In this document: in pieces, positions 37,953 through 47,561 of the stretch
Position numbering within the stretch: the first letter of the stretch is position 1
Layout of the letters: every line of letters begins with the position of its first letter
Assembly (NCBI GenBank): GCA_963762565.1
Contig: CAVXLD010000001.1
Span: forward strand, 96,001-160,000
Reading direction: 5' to 3'
DNA: 64,000 nt
From: an uncultured Verrucomicrobiae bacterium
GTDB taxonomy: Bacteria > Verrucomicrobiota > Verrucomicrobiia > Chthoniobacterales > JAFAMB01
Made by a program: the position numbers and the translations under genes
The notes under the pieces: model-generated
The model's input: the letters and a program-made list of their open reading frames with translations, nothing else
Database searches by the model: none
Told to the model about the DNA's origin: nothing

Positions 37953-39857
37953 ATGCAAAGTGATAAACTAGCGTTTGACCGCAGTTATCCGCCGATCGAA
38001 CGGGCGTTCGCTGGGTTCGATCCGGCAGATCTACAAGCCTATCTCGACGGAGAGTTCGTGGAGACACGAAACTTCGTGAAGAGCATCATTACCCGGCCAG
38101 AGTTTCGTTATTTCGAGGGCACTGATCTGCATGCCTATAGAAAACAGGTGCTCGACTGGTTGCGCGCGATTTCAGATGCCGGCCTGGGGCGCTTGTTTTT
38201 GCCTCCGGAGCTCGGCGGCGAGGCCAACTTAAGGAAATTGATAGCGGTCGTGGAGACCCTCAGTTTCCATGATGGGAGCCTCCTGATCAAACTCGGTGTG
38301 CAATTCGGGCTCTTCGGAGGGAGCATTCACCAGCTGGGGACGGAATATCATCATCGGGCATATTTGCCTAAAGCAGCCGCCTGCGAGTTATTCGGAGGCT
38401 TTGCCATGACCGAGATCGGTCATGGCTCAAACGTCCAAGCTTTGGAGACAACCGCTCTGTATGATGCTGAACACCGGGAATTCATCATCAACAGTCCATC
38501 GTACAGTTCGGGGAAGACTTTTATCGGCAATGCTGCTGTCGACGGACGGTTCATGGTTGTGTTCGCGCAGTTGCATATTGGAGCCACAATCCATGGGGTC
38601 CACGCCTTCGTAGTTCCAATCCGGGATGCAAGCGGCCAGGCTCTTCCCGGGATTGCGATCGAAGACAACGGGCTCAAGCTCGGTCTTAACGGGGTAGATA
38701 ACGGTCGCATCTGGTTTCAGAACGTGCGGGTGCCTAAGACAGAACTATTGAATCGGTTTGCAGAGGTAACCGACGACGGCCAATACCGGAGCCAGATCAA
38801 GAGCAATAATCGCCGTTTCTTCACGATGATCGGCACGTTAGTGAACGGTCGCATCACCATGGCTTTAGCCGCGAACAGTATGGCGAAATCAGCGCTTACT
38901 ATCGCGATCCGTTACGCAGCGCGTCGACGGCAATTTGGAGAAGCCGTCCAGGAAACGCTGGTGCTGGATTACCCGGCAACCCAACGGAGGCTCATGCCCT
39001 TGCTGGCCAATGTTTACGCCTTTGACTTTGCGGTGAAACGCCTTGCTCAGGTCCGCGAAACCTCGCCATCGACCAGTGCACGCCCAATCGAAACTTTAGC
39101 CGCTGGCATCAAGGCTTTCTCTACGTGGAACGCAATCCGCACTATCCAGATCTGCCGGGAAAGCTGCGGCGGCGAAGGTTATCTGTTTGTGAACCGGTTC
39201 GCGGCCCTGAAAGCTGATGCCGATATTTTCACCACCTTCGAGGGCGACAACACTGTCCTGATGCAGCTAGTCGCCAAGAACCTCCTTGGGGAGCTACAGG
39301 ACCAGCTTAAAGAGATGAAGCCTGGCCGGATTGCCCGTTTTTTTCTGGATCAGCGATTAAGAGTGCTAAAAGGGAAATTTGCCAGCCTGGCGACCGACAG
39401 CGCCTCCGAGCTGACTCCCGAGCACCAGCTAAGTCACTTCCGGTTTCGCGAATCAACCCTGCTGCTCCGGTGCGGCGAAGCGTTTCGGCGGTTGGTTCGC
39501 CATAAGGCGATAGATGCATACTCCGCTTTTAGTCAGCTACAGCCGGAATTACTGGAGCTAGCAGAGGCTTACGCCGAACGCCAGGTGCTGGAAAGCTTTC
39601 TTCAAGGCATCACGGACATATCCAACCAAACGTTACAGCGGCCATTGCGCAAGCTGGCTGACCTTTTCGCTCTTTACCATCTGGAGAAACACAAAGGTTG
39701 GTTCTTGGAGAACGGTTTCATGTCGGCAAAAAAATCGAAGGCGATCACAAAACAGATCACTGGTTTGTGCGCCCAGGTTCGGCTTGATGCGGTCGGACTA
39801 GTAGATGCCTTCGGTATCCCCGACCAGTGCCTCAGCGCCCCGATTGCGTTGGGGTAG
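37953..39857 (+). CDS. Acyl-CoA oxidase-like flavoprotein
   Basis: FAMTEIGHGSNV, GLNGVDNG, CRESCGGEG, FEGDNTVL, C-terminal LVDAFGIPD..LSAPIA; start moved to ATG 37953. Confidence 0.88.
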   Translation: MQSDKLAFDRSYPPIERAFAGFDPADLQAYLDGEFVETRNFVKSIITRPEFRYFEGTDLHAYRKQVLDWLRAISDAGLGRLFLPPELGGEANLRKLIAVVETLSFHDGSLLIKLGVQFGLFGGSIHQLGTEYHHRAYLPKAAACELFGGFAMTEIGHGSNVQALETTALYDAEHREFIINSPSYSSGKTFIGNAAVDGRFMVVFAQLHIGATIHGVHAFVVPIRDASGQALPGIAIEDNGLKLGLNGVDNGRIWFQNVRVPKTELLNRFAEVTDDGQYRSQIKSNNRRFFTMIGTLVNGRITMALAANSMAKSALTIAIRYAARRRQFGEAVQETLVLDYPATQRRLMPLLANVYAFDFAVKRLAQVRETSPSTSARPIETLAAGIKAFSTWNAIRTIQICRESCGGEGYLFVNRFAALKADADIFTTFEGDNTVLMQLVAKNLLGELQDQLKEMKPGRIARFFLDQRLRVLKGKFASLATDSASELTPEHQLSHFRFRESTLLLRCGEAFRRLVRHKAIDAYSAFSQLQPELLELAEAYAERQVLESFLQGITDISNQTLQRPLRKLADLFALYHLEKHKGWFLENGFMSAKKSKAITKQITGLCAQVRLDAVGLVDAFGIPDQCLSAPIALG

Positions 39858-39864
39858 TTTAGAA

Positions 39865-40141
39865 AGGAGCTAGGAGCCAGAATCTAGGAGCTAGGGGGTG
39901 TGTCGTAGCTCCAAGATAGTCGTTCTCGTCGTCGTCCTCGTCCTCGTTCTCGATGAGGCGCGCGCTAGCATCACCGATGTGACAAACAGAGGCGTGTTCG
40001 CGAAGATCAAAGTCGTCGGTGATTCGAAAATGCCCGGAGAAAACAAACGTCTCGAGGACGAGGACGACGACGAGCACGAGAACGACTTCGGCGGAGCCAC
40101 TACACGCCCTCCTAGCTCGTGGATTCTAGCTCCAAACTCCT
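39865..40141. repeat. Nested element: GGAGCTA arms outside, CTCGTC arms inside
   Basis: Outer 39865-39898 / 40107-40141; inner 39918-39953 / 40051-40087; ~97-bp core. Confidence 0.9.
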
Positions 40142-40150
40142 TGCTCTTGT

Positions 40151-40834
40151 TCACGCGCCCTGGGCCTGGTAGACCCCCTTAAGGTCGACCGAGAGACTCG
40201 GGTCAGCCAAGACCCGGGGATCGATCTTCAGGCTATCCGCTATAATGTGCCGGAGCCGCTCGAGATGGACGTTCTTCCGATCCAACTGATTTTGGCTGGC
40301 CCACCGGGCGGCGGCAACGATCAAGCTGGACACTTGCTCGGCCGTTAACTTCTCGGTGTTGATGATGATATCGAAATCGCTCCGATCGTTACTGTCGATC
40401 CCGTAGAGGCGAAGGTACCGTTTCCGGTTCTGTTCGTCTCTCTGCAACGTACGGTAGAGCACGGACTCGTAGGTCAGACCTTTATCGACCTCCCGGCGGA
40501 AAATCCGCTTGGCTCGTTCCTCCAGTGAAGCCTGTAACCAAACCCGGAGATCGGCATTCACCAGCCAGGCGGCCAGGCGTGAACCCACGACTACCTTCGG
40601 CTGAAGTGAGAGCCGGATTTGATTCAAGTCGGTCAGGTAGTCGAAAGTTCGGTTCTGCTGCGATTGTTCATGAATTTCTTCAAAGCTGACTCCGATATCG
40701 GCCGCCAAATCCCGAAAGGTGTAATTCACGACCTTGAGCCCCAAGGTCCGGCCGACATTCATTGTGGCCGTGGTGTTACCGCAACCGCTTAAACTGGAGA
40801 TCGCAATCCTTAATGACTTTGAATCCGGGTGCAC
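40151..40834 (-). CDS. Cytidylate kinase-like protein (archaeal/spirochaete type)
   Basis: IAISSLSGCGNTT P-loop variant, GSRLAAW, RYLRLYGID, IINT. Confidence 0.78.
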   Translation of the reverse strand: MHPDSKSLRIAISSLSGCGNTTATMNVGRTLGLKVVNYTFRDLAADIGVSFEEIHEQSQQNRTFDYLTDLNQIRLSLQPKVVVGSRLAAWLVNADLRVWLQASLEERAKRIFRREVDKGLTYESVLYRTLQRDEQNRKRYLRLYGIDSNDRSDFDIIINTEKLTAEQVSSLIVAAARWASQNQLDRKNVHLERLRHIIADSLKIDPRVLADPSLSVDLKGVYQAQGA

Positions 40835-40838
40835 GCCG

Positions 40839-41768
40839 TTAAACTTTCCTGTTTTTGAGAAACCATTCGTACGTCGACTCGATCCCTTTACGCAGAGGGA
40901 TCTTTGCCTGCCAGCCCAGCTTGCTGAGCTTGCTCACATCTAGAAGCTTCTGCGGCGTTCCATCCGGCTTGGTGCTGTCAAATTCCAGCGTCCCGGTAAA
41001 GCCGACGACGTCGCAAACCAACTCCGCCAACTCTCGAATCGTCACATCCCGGCCGCAGCCAACGTTAACGATCTCGGGGGAGTCATAGTGCTCGATCAGA
41101 AACGCAACCGCATCCGCTAAATCGTCGGTGTGCAAAAATTCGCGCCTCGGATTACCTGTGCCCCAAACGACGATGCTTGCGTTGCCGGAGACTTTGGCTT
41201 CGTGCGCCTTTCTTAGCAAGGCTGCCAGGACATGTGAGTTCTGCAGGTCGAAGTTGTCGTCCGGACCATAGATGTTTGTCGGCATCAGGGAAACAAAGTT
41301 CGCCCCGTATTGGCGAGCGTAAGCCTGACAAAGTTTGATCCCGGTTATCTTCGCCAATGCATAGGGTTCGTTGGTGGCCTCAAGCGGACCCGTCAATAGG
41401 GCATCTTCAGATATGGGTTGAGGCGCGAGCCGCGGATAAATGCACGAGCTTCCCAAGAAGAGCAGCTTCTTCACACCGGCCAGAAAGCTCGCAGCAATGA
41501 CGCTGTTTTGGATTTCCAGGTTTTCTAATAGGAACTCAACGGGAGACTGGTAGTTCGCCTGAATCCCACCCACTTTGGCCGCCGCCACGACGACTACTTG
41601 GGGCTTGGCAGCCTTGAGGAATTCTTCGACTGCTCCCCGCTCCCGCAGATCAAGTTCCTGTCTGGTTCTTGTGAACAGCTCGATCCCGGGTTTCTGCGCG
41701 AGATTGCGAACGATCGCGCTCCCTACTAAACCTCGATGGCCAGCGACAAAAACGGAGCGGAATCGCAT
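40839..41768 (-). CDS. fcl: GDP-L-fucose synthase
   Basis: AGHRGLVGSA, LGSSCIYP, YALAK, MPTNIYGP, REFLH. Confidence 0.95.
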   Translation of the reverse strand: MRFRSVFVAGHRGLVGSAIVRNLAQKPGIELFTRTRQELDLRERGAVEEFLKAAKPQVVVVAAAKVGGIQANYQSPVEFLLENLEIQNSVIAASFLAGVKKLLFLGSSCIYPRLAPQPISEDALLTGPLEATNEPYALAKITGIKLCQAYARQYGANFVSLMPTNIYGPDDNFDLQNSHVLAALLRKAHEAKVSGNASIVVWGTGNPRREFLHTDDLADAVAFLIEHYDSPEIVNVGCGRDVTIRELAELVCDVVGFTGTLEFDSTKPDGTPQKLLDVSKLSKLGWQAKIPLRKGIESTYEWFLKNRKV

Positions 41769-41812
41769 GAGGCAGCTTAGCTAACGCGTTTTTTTGGACT
41801 GGTCAACGGCAG

Positions 41813-42003
41813 AGGAGCTAGGAGCTAGAATCTAGGAGCTAGGAGGGTACGGACAAAAGTGGACGGAGTGGACTGAGTAGACGCAGTGGACAGAGTGGAA
41901 CCGGCCACCGGCCGATGCGCCTGATTGCGTCCACTAAGTCCACACTGTCCCCGCCGATACGCCGACACGCCCTCCTAGCTCCTGGATTCTAGCTCCTGGC
42001 TCC
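41813..42003. repeat. Nested element: GGAGCTA arms outside, AGTGGACNN arms inside
   Basis: Outer 41813-41847 / 41970-42003; inner ~41858-41899 / 41929-41950. Confidence 0.88.
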
Positions 42004-42076
42004 CTTCTTCGGATTCGACAACGGCGTTAGGCCGAGTTTCTTATACCCCATCTTAATGGTAAGTTTAAACGACCTT

Positions 42077-43276
42077 ATGAACTTTGAGTTCGATCCGATC
42101 GAGGAGGCGCTGGTCGCCTTGCGCGAGGGAAAGCCGGTGATTGTGACCGACGACGCTCAGCGTGAAAATGAGGGCGACCTGATTTTGGCAGCGGAAAAGG
42201 CGACTCCAGAGACGATCAGTTTCATGATTCGTTACACCTCGGGCGTGATTTGTGTTCCGATGGAAGGTTCCGCTCTGGACCGTTTGGATTTGCCTTTGAT
42301 GACCCGAAGGAATACCGAGTCAATGCGCACGGCATATACCATCTCGGTCGACGCAAAGAATGGGGTCACGACCGGAATATCGGCGGCGGACCGCTCTCGA
42401 ACGATCCGACTCCTGGCGGACCCAAGTACCGAGGTCGACGATCTGGTTAGGCCGGGGCACGTTTTCCCCCTACGGTATCGTCGGGGCGGCGTGTTGCGCC
42501 GAGCTGGCCATACAGAGGCGGCAGTCGATTTAGCCCGGCTGGCAGGACTACGTCCAGCCGGCGTTCTGGCTGAAATCGTCAACGATGACGGCACCATGGC
42601 ACGCTTGCCGGAGCTCTTTGCCTTTAAGGACAAGTTTGGCCTCAAGATATGCACGATCGAAAATCTGATCGCTTACCGGCGGGTTCGAGAAAAACTCATC
42701 GTCAAAGAGACAGATGTCGAACTGCCGACGGACTACGGCGATTTTCGGTTGCATCTCTATCGATCCGTTGTGGACAATGTCCATCACCTGGCGCTTACGA
42801 CCGGACCTTTGCCGCCGGTAAACCCAACGCTGGTTCGGGTGCATAGCGAGTGTTTAACCGGTGATGTGTTCGGTTCTCGCCGATGCGACTGCGGCAATCA
42901 ACTGCACGCCGCGTTACAGCAGATTCAAAATGAGGGTGCAGGTATCCTCGTATACATGAGACAGGAAGGCCGAGGGATCGGCTTAGCCGCCAAGATCCAG
43001 GCTTACAAACTCCAGGAAGAGGGTCTCGACACGGTCCAGGCAAACGAGAAACTCGGTTTCCCTAGCGATCTGCGCGAGTATGGCCTCGGGGCACAGATTT
43101 TAGTCGATCTTGGAGTCCACGATATCCGTCTACTCACGAATAACCCAAAGAAAGTCATTGGGCTGGAAGGTTACGGTCTAAACATCATCGACCAGATCCC
43201 GATCCGGGTTCCGGCGAATCCGCACAACGAGAAGTATCTCGAAACCAAAAAACTTAAGCTGGGACACTTGCTGTAA
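42077..43276 (+). CDS. ribBA: Bifunctional DHBP synthase / GTP cyclohydrolase II
   Basis: RENEGD, RAGHTEA, RVHSECLTGDVFGSRRCDCG, LLTNNP; start could be 42056. Confidence 0.97.
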   Translation: MNFEFDPIEEALVALREGKPVIVTDDAQRENEGDLILAAEKATPETISFMIRYTSGVICVPMEGSALDRLDLPLMTRRNTESMRTAYTISVDAKNGVTTGISAADRSRTIRLLADPSTEVDDLVRPGHVFPLRYRRGGVLRRAGHTEAAVDLARLAGLRPAGVLAEIVNDDGTMARLPELFAFKDKFGLKICTIENLIAYRRVREKLIVKETDVELPTDYGDFRLHLYRSVVDNVHHLALTTGPLPPVNPTLVRVHSECLTGDVFGSRRCDCGNQLHAALQQIQNEGAGILVYMRQEGRGIGLAAKIQAYKLQEEGLDTVQANEKLGFPSDLREYGLGAQILVDLGVHDIRLLTNNPKKVIGLEGYGLNIIDQIPIRVPANPHNEKYLETKKLKLGHLL

Positions 43277-43311
43277 GGTGAGAAGTGAGAGGTGATTAGT
43301 GGGACGTGACT

Positions 43312-43529
43312 GGTAGGGCGAAAATCTCGGCGCGGCCTACGGGAACCACCTTCCTGGCTGAACCGCGCCGGATTTGAGCCATGCGTGCGCGGTGTATTGC
43401 CCACGACGTTATTGCTCACCGTCGGATCGAAGCCAGCGAGGTGGTCCATCCACGGCGCGGCTCAAATCCGGCGCGCACGGTCCCAGCGCAGGTGGCCCAT
43501 CCTCAACGCGCCGAGATTTTCGCCCTACC
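43312..43529. mobile_element. MITE/REP-like element, GTAGGGCGAAAATCTCGG family, copy 2
   Basis: IR 43312-43334 / 43507-43529 with the same inner IR as 24858-25084; flanked by a GTGAGAA run (43277-43309) and a solo GGGAGCCTCGCCCTACC arm (~43544-43564). Confidence 0.8.
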
Positions 43530-43611
43530 GGAGTCTCGGCCATTTCGGGAGCCTCGCCCTACCATCCTGGCCCTTGCGGGCAATCTTGGCCGGAGTATCG
43601 TCCCAAGCTCA

Positions 43612-44088
43612 ATGTCGAATCAGTTTCCAATTCGTCCCGATACGCAGACTGAGACGTGGCGGTTCGGAATCGTGGCCAGCGAATACAACCGCGAATATGT
43701 GGACGGGCTAGTTGGATTTGCCAAGGACGAGCTTCTAGCGATCGCCCCCAAGAGCGAGGCGACGGTTGTTCGGGTGCCCGGCTCTTTCGAAATCCCGATC
43801 GGGGTGCAGGCGGTCATCGAGCATCAGCCTATCAATGCAGTTCTCGCCTTTGGCGTTATCTTCGATGGCGAGACCATGCACGCAGAGCTGATTGCTGGCG
43901 CAGTGACTACTGCGCTAATGAATCTGAGTCTGCAGCATAAGATCCCGATTTTACACGAAGTACTTGTTGTTAAAACGGATGAACAGGCCAAGGAACGATG
44001 TTTATTACCCAAGATAAACCGGGGTATAGAAGCCGCCCGCGCTGCGATCCGGATCTTAAGTACCCTGAGCAACCTGGCAAAGGAGTAG
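43612..44088 (+). CDS. ribH: 6,7-dimethyl-8-ribityllumazine synthase
   Basis: VPGSFEIP, GVIFDGETMH; ATG 43612 chosen because upstream codons are repeat DNA. Confidence 0.93.
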   Translation: MSNQFPIRPDTQTETWRFGIVASEYNREYVDGLVGFAKDELLAIAPKSEATVVRVPGSFEIPIGVQAVIEHQPINAVLAFGVIFDGETMHAELIAGAVTTALMNLSLQHKIPILHEVLVVKTDEQAKERCLLPKINRGIEAARAAIRILSTLSNLAKE

Positions 44089-44091
44089 GCT

Positions 44092-44526
44092 ATGGGGAAG
44101 CGACGAGAAGGCAGAGAAGCGGCCGTGCAACTTTTGTTTCATTGGGATCTAAACGCTCAGCAACCATTAGAGGAGGCTGATCTGGATGGGTTCTGGCAGC
44201 TTCGAACCGCCAATCAAGCCACTAAAGAGTTTGCCACCCGGGTGGCCAGCGGAGTGATCGCGGAGCAAGGTATCATCGACGAAAAGATCACCCGTTACAC
44301 GGCCAACTATGAACTGAAACGGATCTCGGCAGTCGACCGCAATATTCTGCGAGTGGCCATTTACGAGATGCTTTTTTGCAATGACGTTCCACCCATTGTC
44401 GCAATCAACGAAGCGATCGAGATCGCCAAAAAGTTTGGCACTGAAGAATCCGGGAAATTTGTGAATGGCGTGCTCGACCGGGTAAAACTTGATCTGAATC
44501 GCCCACTAAGAACGGCGGCGAGTTAG
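44092..44526 (+). CDS. nusB: Transcription antitermination factor NusB
   Basis: RREGRE, DRNILR, AINEAIEIAKKFG, FVNGVLD. Confidence 0.97.
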   Translation: MGKRREGREAAVQLLFHWDLNAQQPLEEADLDGFWQLRTANQATKEFATRVASGVIAEQGIIDEKITRYTANYELKRISAVDRNILRVAIYEMLFCNDVPPIVAINEAIEIAKKFGTEESGKFVNGVLDRVKLDLNRPLRTAAS

Positions 44527-44610
44527 AATGTTCGCGCAGCACTCCCGATTCTGGCTAACCGAGGGCGTGCCATCCCGGGCACGTTGATCAAACGAAAACA
44601 GCGACATTCT

Positions 44611-45456
44611 ATGGCTTTTGGATTTCTCAAAGATTTGTTCGACCGGTTTTCCGGAAAACCCGTCGACTGGGACGAGCTCGAGGAGAGCCTCATTCGTGCC
44701 GACATTGGGGTCCCGATGACGCTTGAAATCATCAAAGCTCTGCAAGAAAGGCCAAACGTCAGCGCCAAAGAAATCGTTAATGTAGTCAAGCAGCACATCG
44801 AACAGATTCTTCCCCTGGCCAATCCGCGCCTCAGACCACTACCGGATCGTCCGAAAGTTATTTTGATGACCGGAGTGAACGGCACGGGAAAAACGACCTC
44901 CACCGCCAAGCTTGCGCATGTTCTTAGGAGAGAACGTCACTCAGTGATGTTGGCGGCAGCCGATACCTTTCGGGCGGCTGCGATCGAACAGCTCAAGATT
45001 TGGGGTGAACGCGTTGGCGTCGAGGTCGTCGCGGGTGAATATCAAGCGGATCCGGCTGCGCTTTGCTATGACGCCTATTCCGCTGCCAACAAGAGGAACA
45101 TTGAGTTCTTGATCTGTGACACCGCCGGACGTCTTCACACCCGCTACAATTTAATGCAGGAACTCGGCAAAATTGTCCGCACTCTGCAGAAACATGATCC
45201 AGCAACCCCGCACGAAAGCTTGCTTGTAGTGGACGCAACCACCGGGAGCAACGCGCTCGTTCAAGCTCGCGAATTCAAGGAAGCCATCGGGTTGACCGGT
45301 CTCGTGCTCACTAAACTGGACGGCTCTGGAAAAGGCGGTATCGCAGTCGCCATTCAACAAGAGCTGGGTATCCCTCTCCGGTTCATCGGCACCGGGGAGA
45401 AAGTGGGCGATTTCGCGTATTTCGATCGGGAGCAATTCGTTGATCAGCTGTTATAG
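44611..45456 (+). CDS. ftsY: SRP receptor FtsY
   Basis: GVNGTGKTT, DTFRAAA, DTAGR, TKLDGSGKGG. Confidence 0.96.
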   Translation: MAFGFLKDLFDRFSGKPVDWDELEESLIRADIGVPMTLEIIKALQERPNVSAKEIVNVVKQHIEQILPLANPRLRPLPDRPKVILMTGVNGTGKTTSTAKLAHVLRRERHSVMLAAADTFRAAAIEQLKIWGERVGVEVVAGEYQADPAALCYDAYSAANKRNIEFLICDTAGRLHTRYNLMQELGKIVRTLQKHDPATPHESLLVVDATTGSNALVQAREFKEAIGLTGLVLTKLDGSGKGGIAVAIQQELGIPLRFIGTGEKVGDFAYFDREQFVDQLL

Positions 45457-45471
45457 GATTAATCCGCACCT

Positions 45472-47073
45472 ATGGCTGACCGGCACCCTCTGAAAATAGC
45501 TGCTGCTGAACCCCCGAAGTCGACAGTCAAGGCGGACCATCGGTCCCACGGTTTACGCTTCGGTCCGCCGCAACCTTTCTCGTACGATTGGCTCAAGCAG
45601 CATGCAGAGAATCTCGCGGCGAAGGAATATCAGTCTCCCCCACTGCCTGACCCGAACATTGTCGCTAACATCGACTATGACGCTTACGGCAAGCTAAAAT
45701 ATAAGCAGGACTTCGCTCTTTATGGAGACGGCCAGACCGGGGTCTTTCCCATTACCTTCATGTTTGTGGGGCATTATTTCCCGAAGACGGTCCGGATGTA
45801 TGCTGTCGAGAAAGGGGCTGAGATCGCCCGCGAGATTCTCTACGACCCTGAATATTTCGACATTCCGGCCAACAGTGTCGCTAAAAAACTTCCCACTGAG
45901 CCTTCCTGCATGGCCGGCTTTTGGGTCATGGAAGCGAAGACCGGCCCACTCGATTGGCATAAGGAAGAGCCATGGGCAACCTTTCTCGGCGCCTCTTATT
46001 TCCGGGCCAAGGGAGAACTCGGACAAGTTGGTATATCGGCTCGCGGTATCGCGCTAACACCCGGAGGAAGTGGGCCTGAAGAATTCCCAGACTTTGTGGC
46101 GTTCTGGTTTAGTCCAGCCGAATCCGCCACTGAACCGCTCAACTGCTATGCCCTGCTTGACGGCCCAAGCGTCACCGGTGCTTATCGCTTCGCCCTCCAG
46201 CGAACCAAGGCTGTGATCACGGACGTTGAAGCGACCCTTTTCTTCCGTAACCCCGTCGAGCGGCTCGGCTTAGCCCCCCTCACCTCGATGTACTGGTACT
46301 CAGAGACCGTGAAACCCGTAGCGGTGGACTGGCGACCGGAGGTTCACGATTCCGATGGACTAGCCATGTGGACCGGCAACGGGGAGCGCATCTGGCGTCC
46401 CTTGAATAACCCGCCACGGATCGTGATATCGAGTTTTTCGGATGAGAATCCTCGCGGCTTTGGGTTGATGCAACGAGACCGCAGCTTCGACCATTATCTC
46501 GATGGCGTCATGTATGAGAAGCGGCCTTCAGTCTGGATCGAGCCGCTCGGCAATTGGGGCTCCGGTGCGGTTCATCTGGTCGAGATTCCGACGGGCGATG
46601 AAATCAACGATAACATCATTACCTATTGGTGCCCAACTAAGCCGGTGCAGGCAAAGGACCGGATCGCGCTCCGCTACCGTCTGCATTGGGTCGCGGACGA
46701 GCCCTATCCTCCACCGCTCGCTCGCTGCGTCGCGACTCGCCTCGGACGGGGAGGACGACCAGGCCAGCCTCATCCTGCTGGCGTTCGAAAATTCGTAGTT
46801 GAATTCCTCGGCGGCCCATTGACGGCGCTGCCTGATAATGCAAGACCGGAGCCGGTACTCTGGGCGTCGCGGGGCAAATTTTCCTACTTTAAGGTAGAGA
46901 AAGCCCCCGGTAGCACACTCGGTCTTTGGCGAGCGGAATTCGATCTGGAAGCGGATGGACACGATCCGGTTGAGATGCGCCTTTTCTTAAGGACACCGGA
47001 TCAAGTGCTGACTGAAACCTGGCTTTATCAGTATCATCCGTTTCATGTTGAAGGAGCTCCAGTCGGAAATTGA
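45472..47073 (+). CDS. Glucan biosynthesis protein OpgD/OpgG family
   Basis: FLGASYFRA, SARG, EEFPDF, APLTSMY, RPEVHDSDGL, TETWLYQY. Confidence 0.93.
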   Translation: MADRHPLKIAAAEPPKSTVKADHRSHGLRFGPPQPFSYDWLKQHAENLAAKEYQSPPLPDPNIVANIDYDAYGKLKYKQDFALYGDGQTGVFPITFMFVGHYFPKTVRMYAVEKGAEIAREILYDPEYFDIPANSVAKKLPTEPSCMAGFWVMEAKTGPLDWHKEEPWATFLGASYFRAKGELGQVGISARGIALTPGGSGPEEFPDFVAFWFSPAESATEPLNCYALLDGPSVTGAYRFALQRTKAVITDVEATLFFRNPVERLGLAPLTSMYWYSETVKPVAVDWRPEVHDSDGLAMWTGNGERIWRPLNNPPRIVISSFSDENPRGFGLMQRDRSFDHYLDGVMYEKRPSVWIEPLGNWGSGAVHLVEIPTGDEINDNIITYWCPTKPVQAKDRIALRYRLHWVADEPYPPPLARCVATRLGRGGRPGQPHPAGVRKFVVEFLGGPLTALPDNARPEPVLWASRGKFSYFKVEKAPGSTLGLWRAEFDLEADGHDPVEMRLFLRTPDQVLTETWLYQYHPFHVEGAPVGN

Positions 47074-47111
47074 CGAGTCCATCCAAAGCGCGATACAGGC
47101 TCGTATCACGT

Positions 47112-47350
47112 ATGAAAACCGCCTCCGTGCGCGACTTGCGCAACCGCTTCGCAGATATCGCCAAATGGATCGAAGACGGGGAAAAAGTCGCTATCACACG
47201 TAACTGAGCTATTTTCGCTACTCTCTCGCCGGCAACTCCAAGACCAGCTCGTAAACCGGATTGGGCTGCCCGGTTCAGACAGTATCAGGCGGTAGGGCGA
47301 AAACTATCGAAGAAGAGACGGAAGAGTCCTGGTCCAATTTGCGGGATTGA
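47112..47350 (+). pseudogene. Phd/YefM-type antitoxin relic
   Basis: MKTASVRDLRNRFADIAKWIEDGEKVAITRN*AIFATLSP with an internal TGA and a later frameshift. Confidence 0.75.
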
Positions 47351-47373
47351 CAGCATGCCAGGCGACGCCCCCA

Positions 47374-47561
47374 GTAGAGTAGACGAATGTGTTCCGGCGA
47401 GCCGATGAACTCAGCGCCAAACACGCCCGTTCAGCTCCACAACGGACGATCGATTTAATCCACGTCGCATCGCCCTCGAAAGCGACGCAAAAAATTTTCT
47501 ATCCTTCGATAATCGACAACGTCTTCTGGCGAGGGCTGCCGGACTAAGAACTAATCCCTGA
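47374..47561 (+). pseudogene. VapC/PIN toxin C-terminal relic
   Basis: VE*TNVFRRADELSAKH..RTIDLIHVA/ALESDAKNFLSFDNRQRLLARAAGL; N-terminal half missing. Confidence 0.7.

Noticed and set aside
41770..42076. FMN riboswitch upstream of ribBA
   Set aside because: Region is accounted for by nested repeat arms; FMN consensus not seen
47290..47305. GGTAGGGCGAAAA match to the MITE-like arm
   Set aside because: 13-bp match with no partner arm; reads as antitoxin coding sequence (VGRK)
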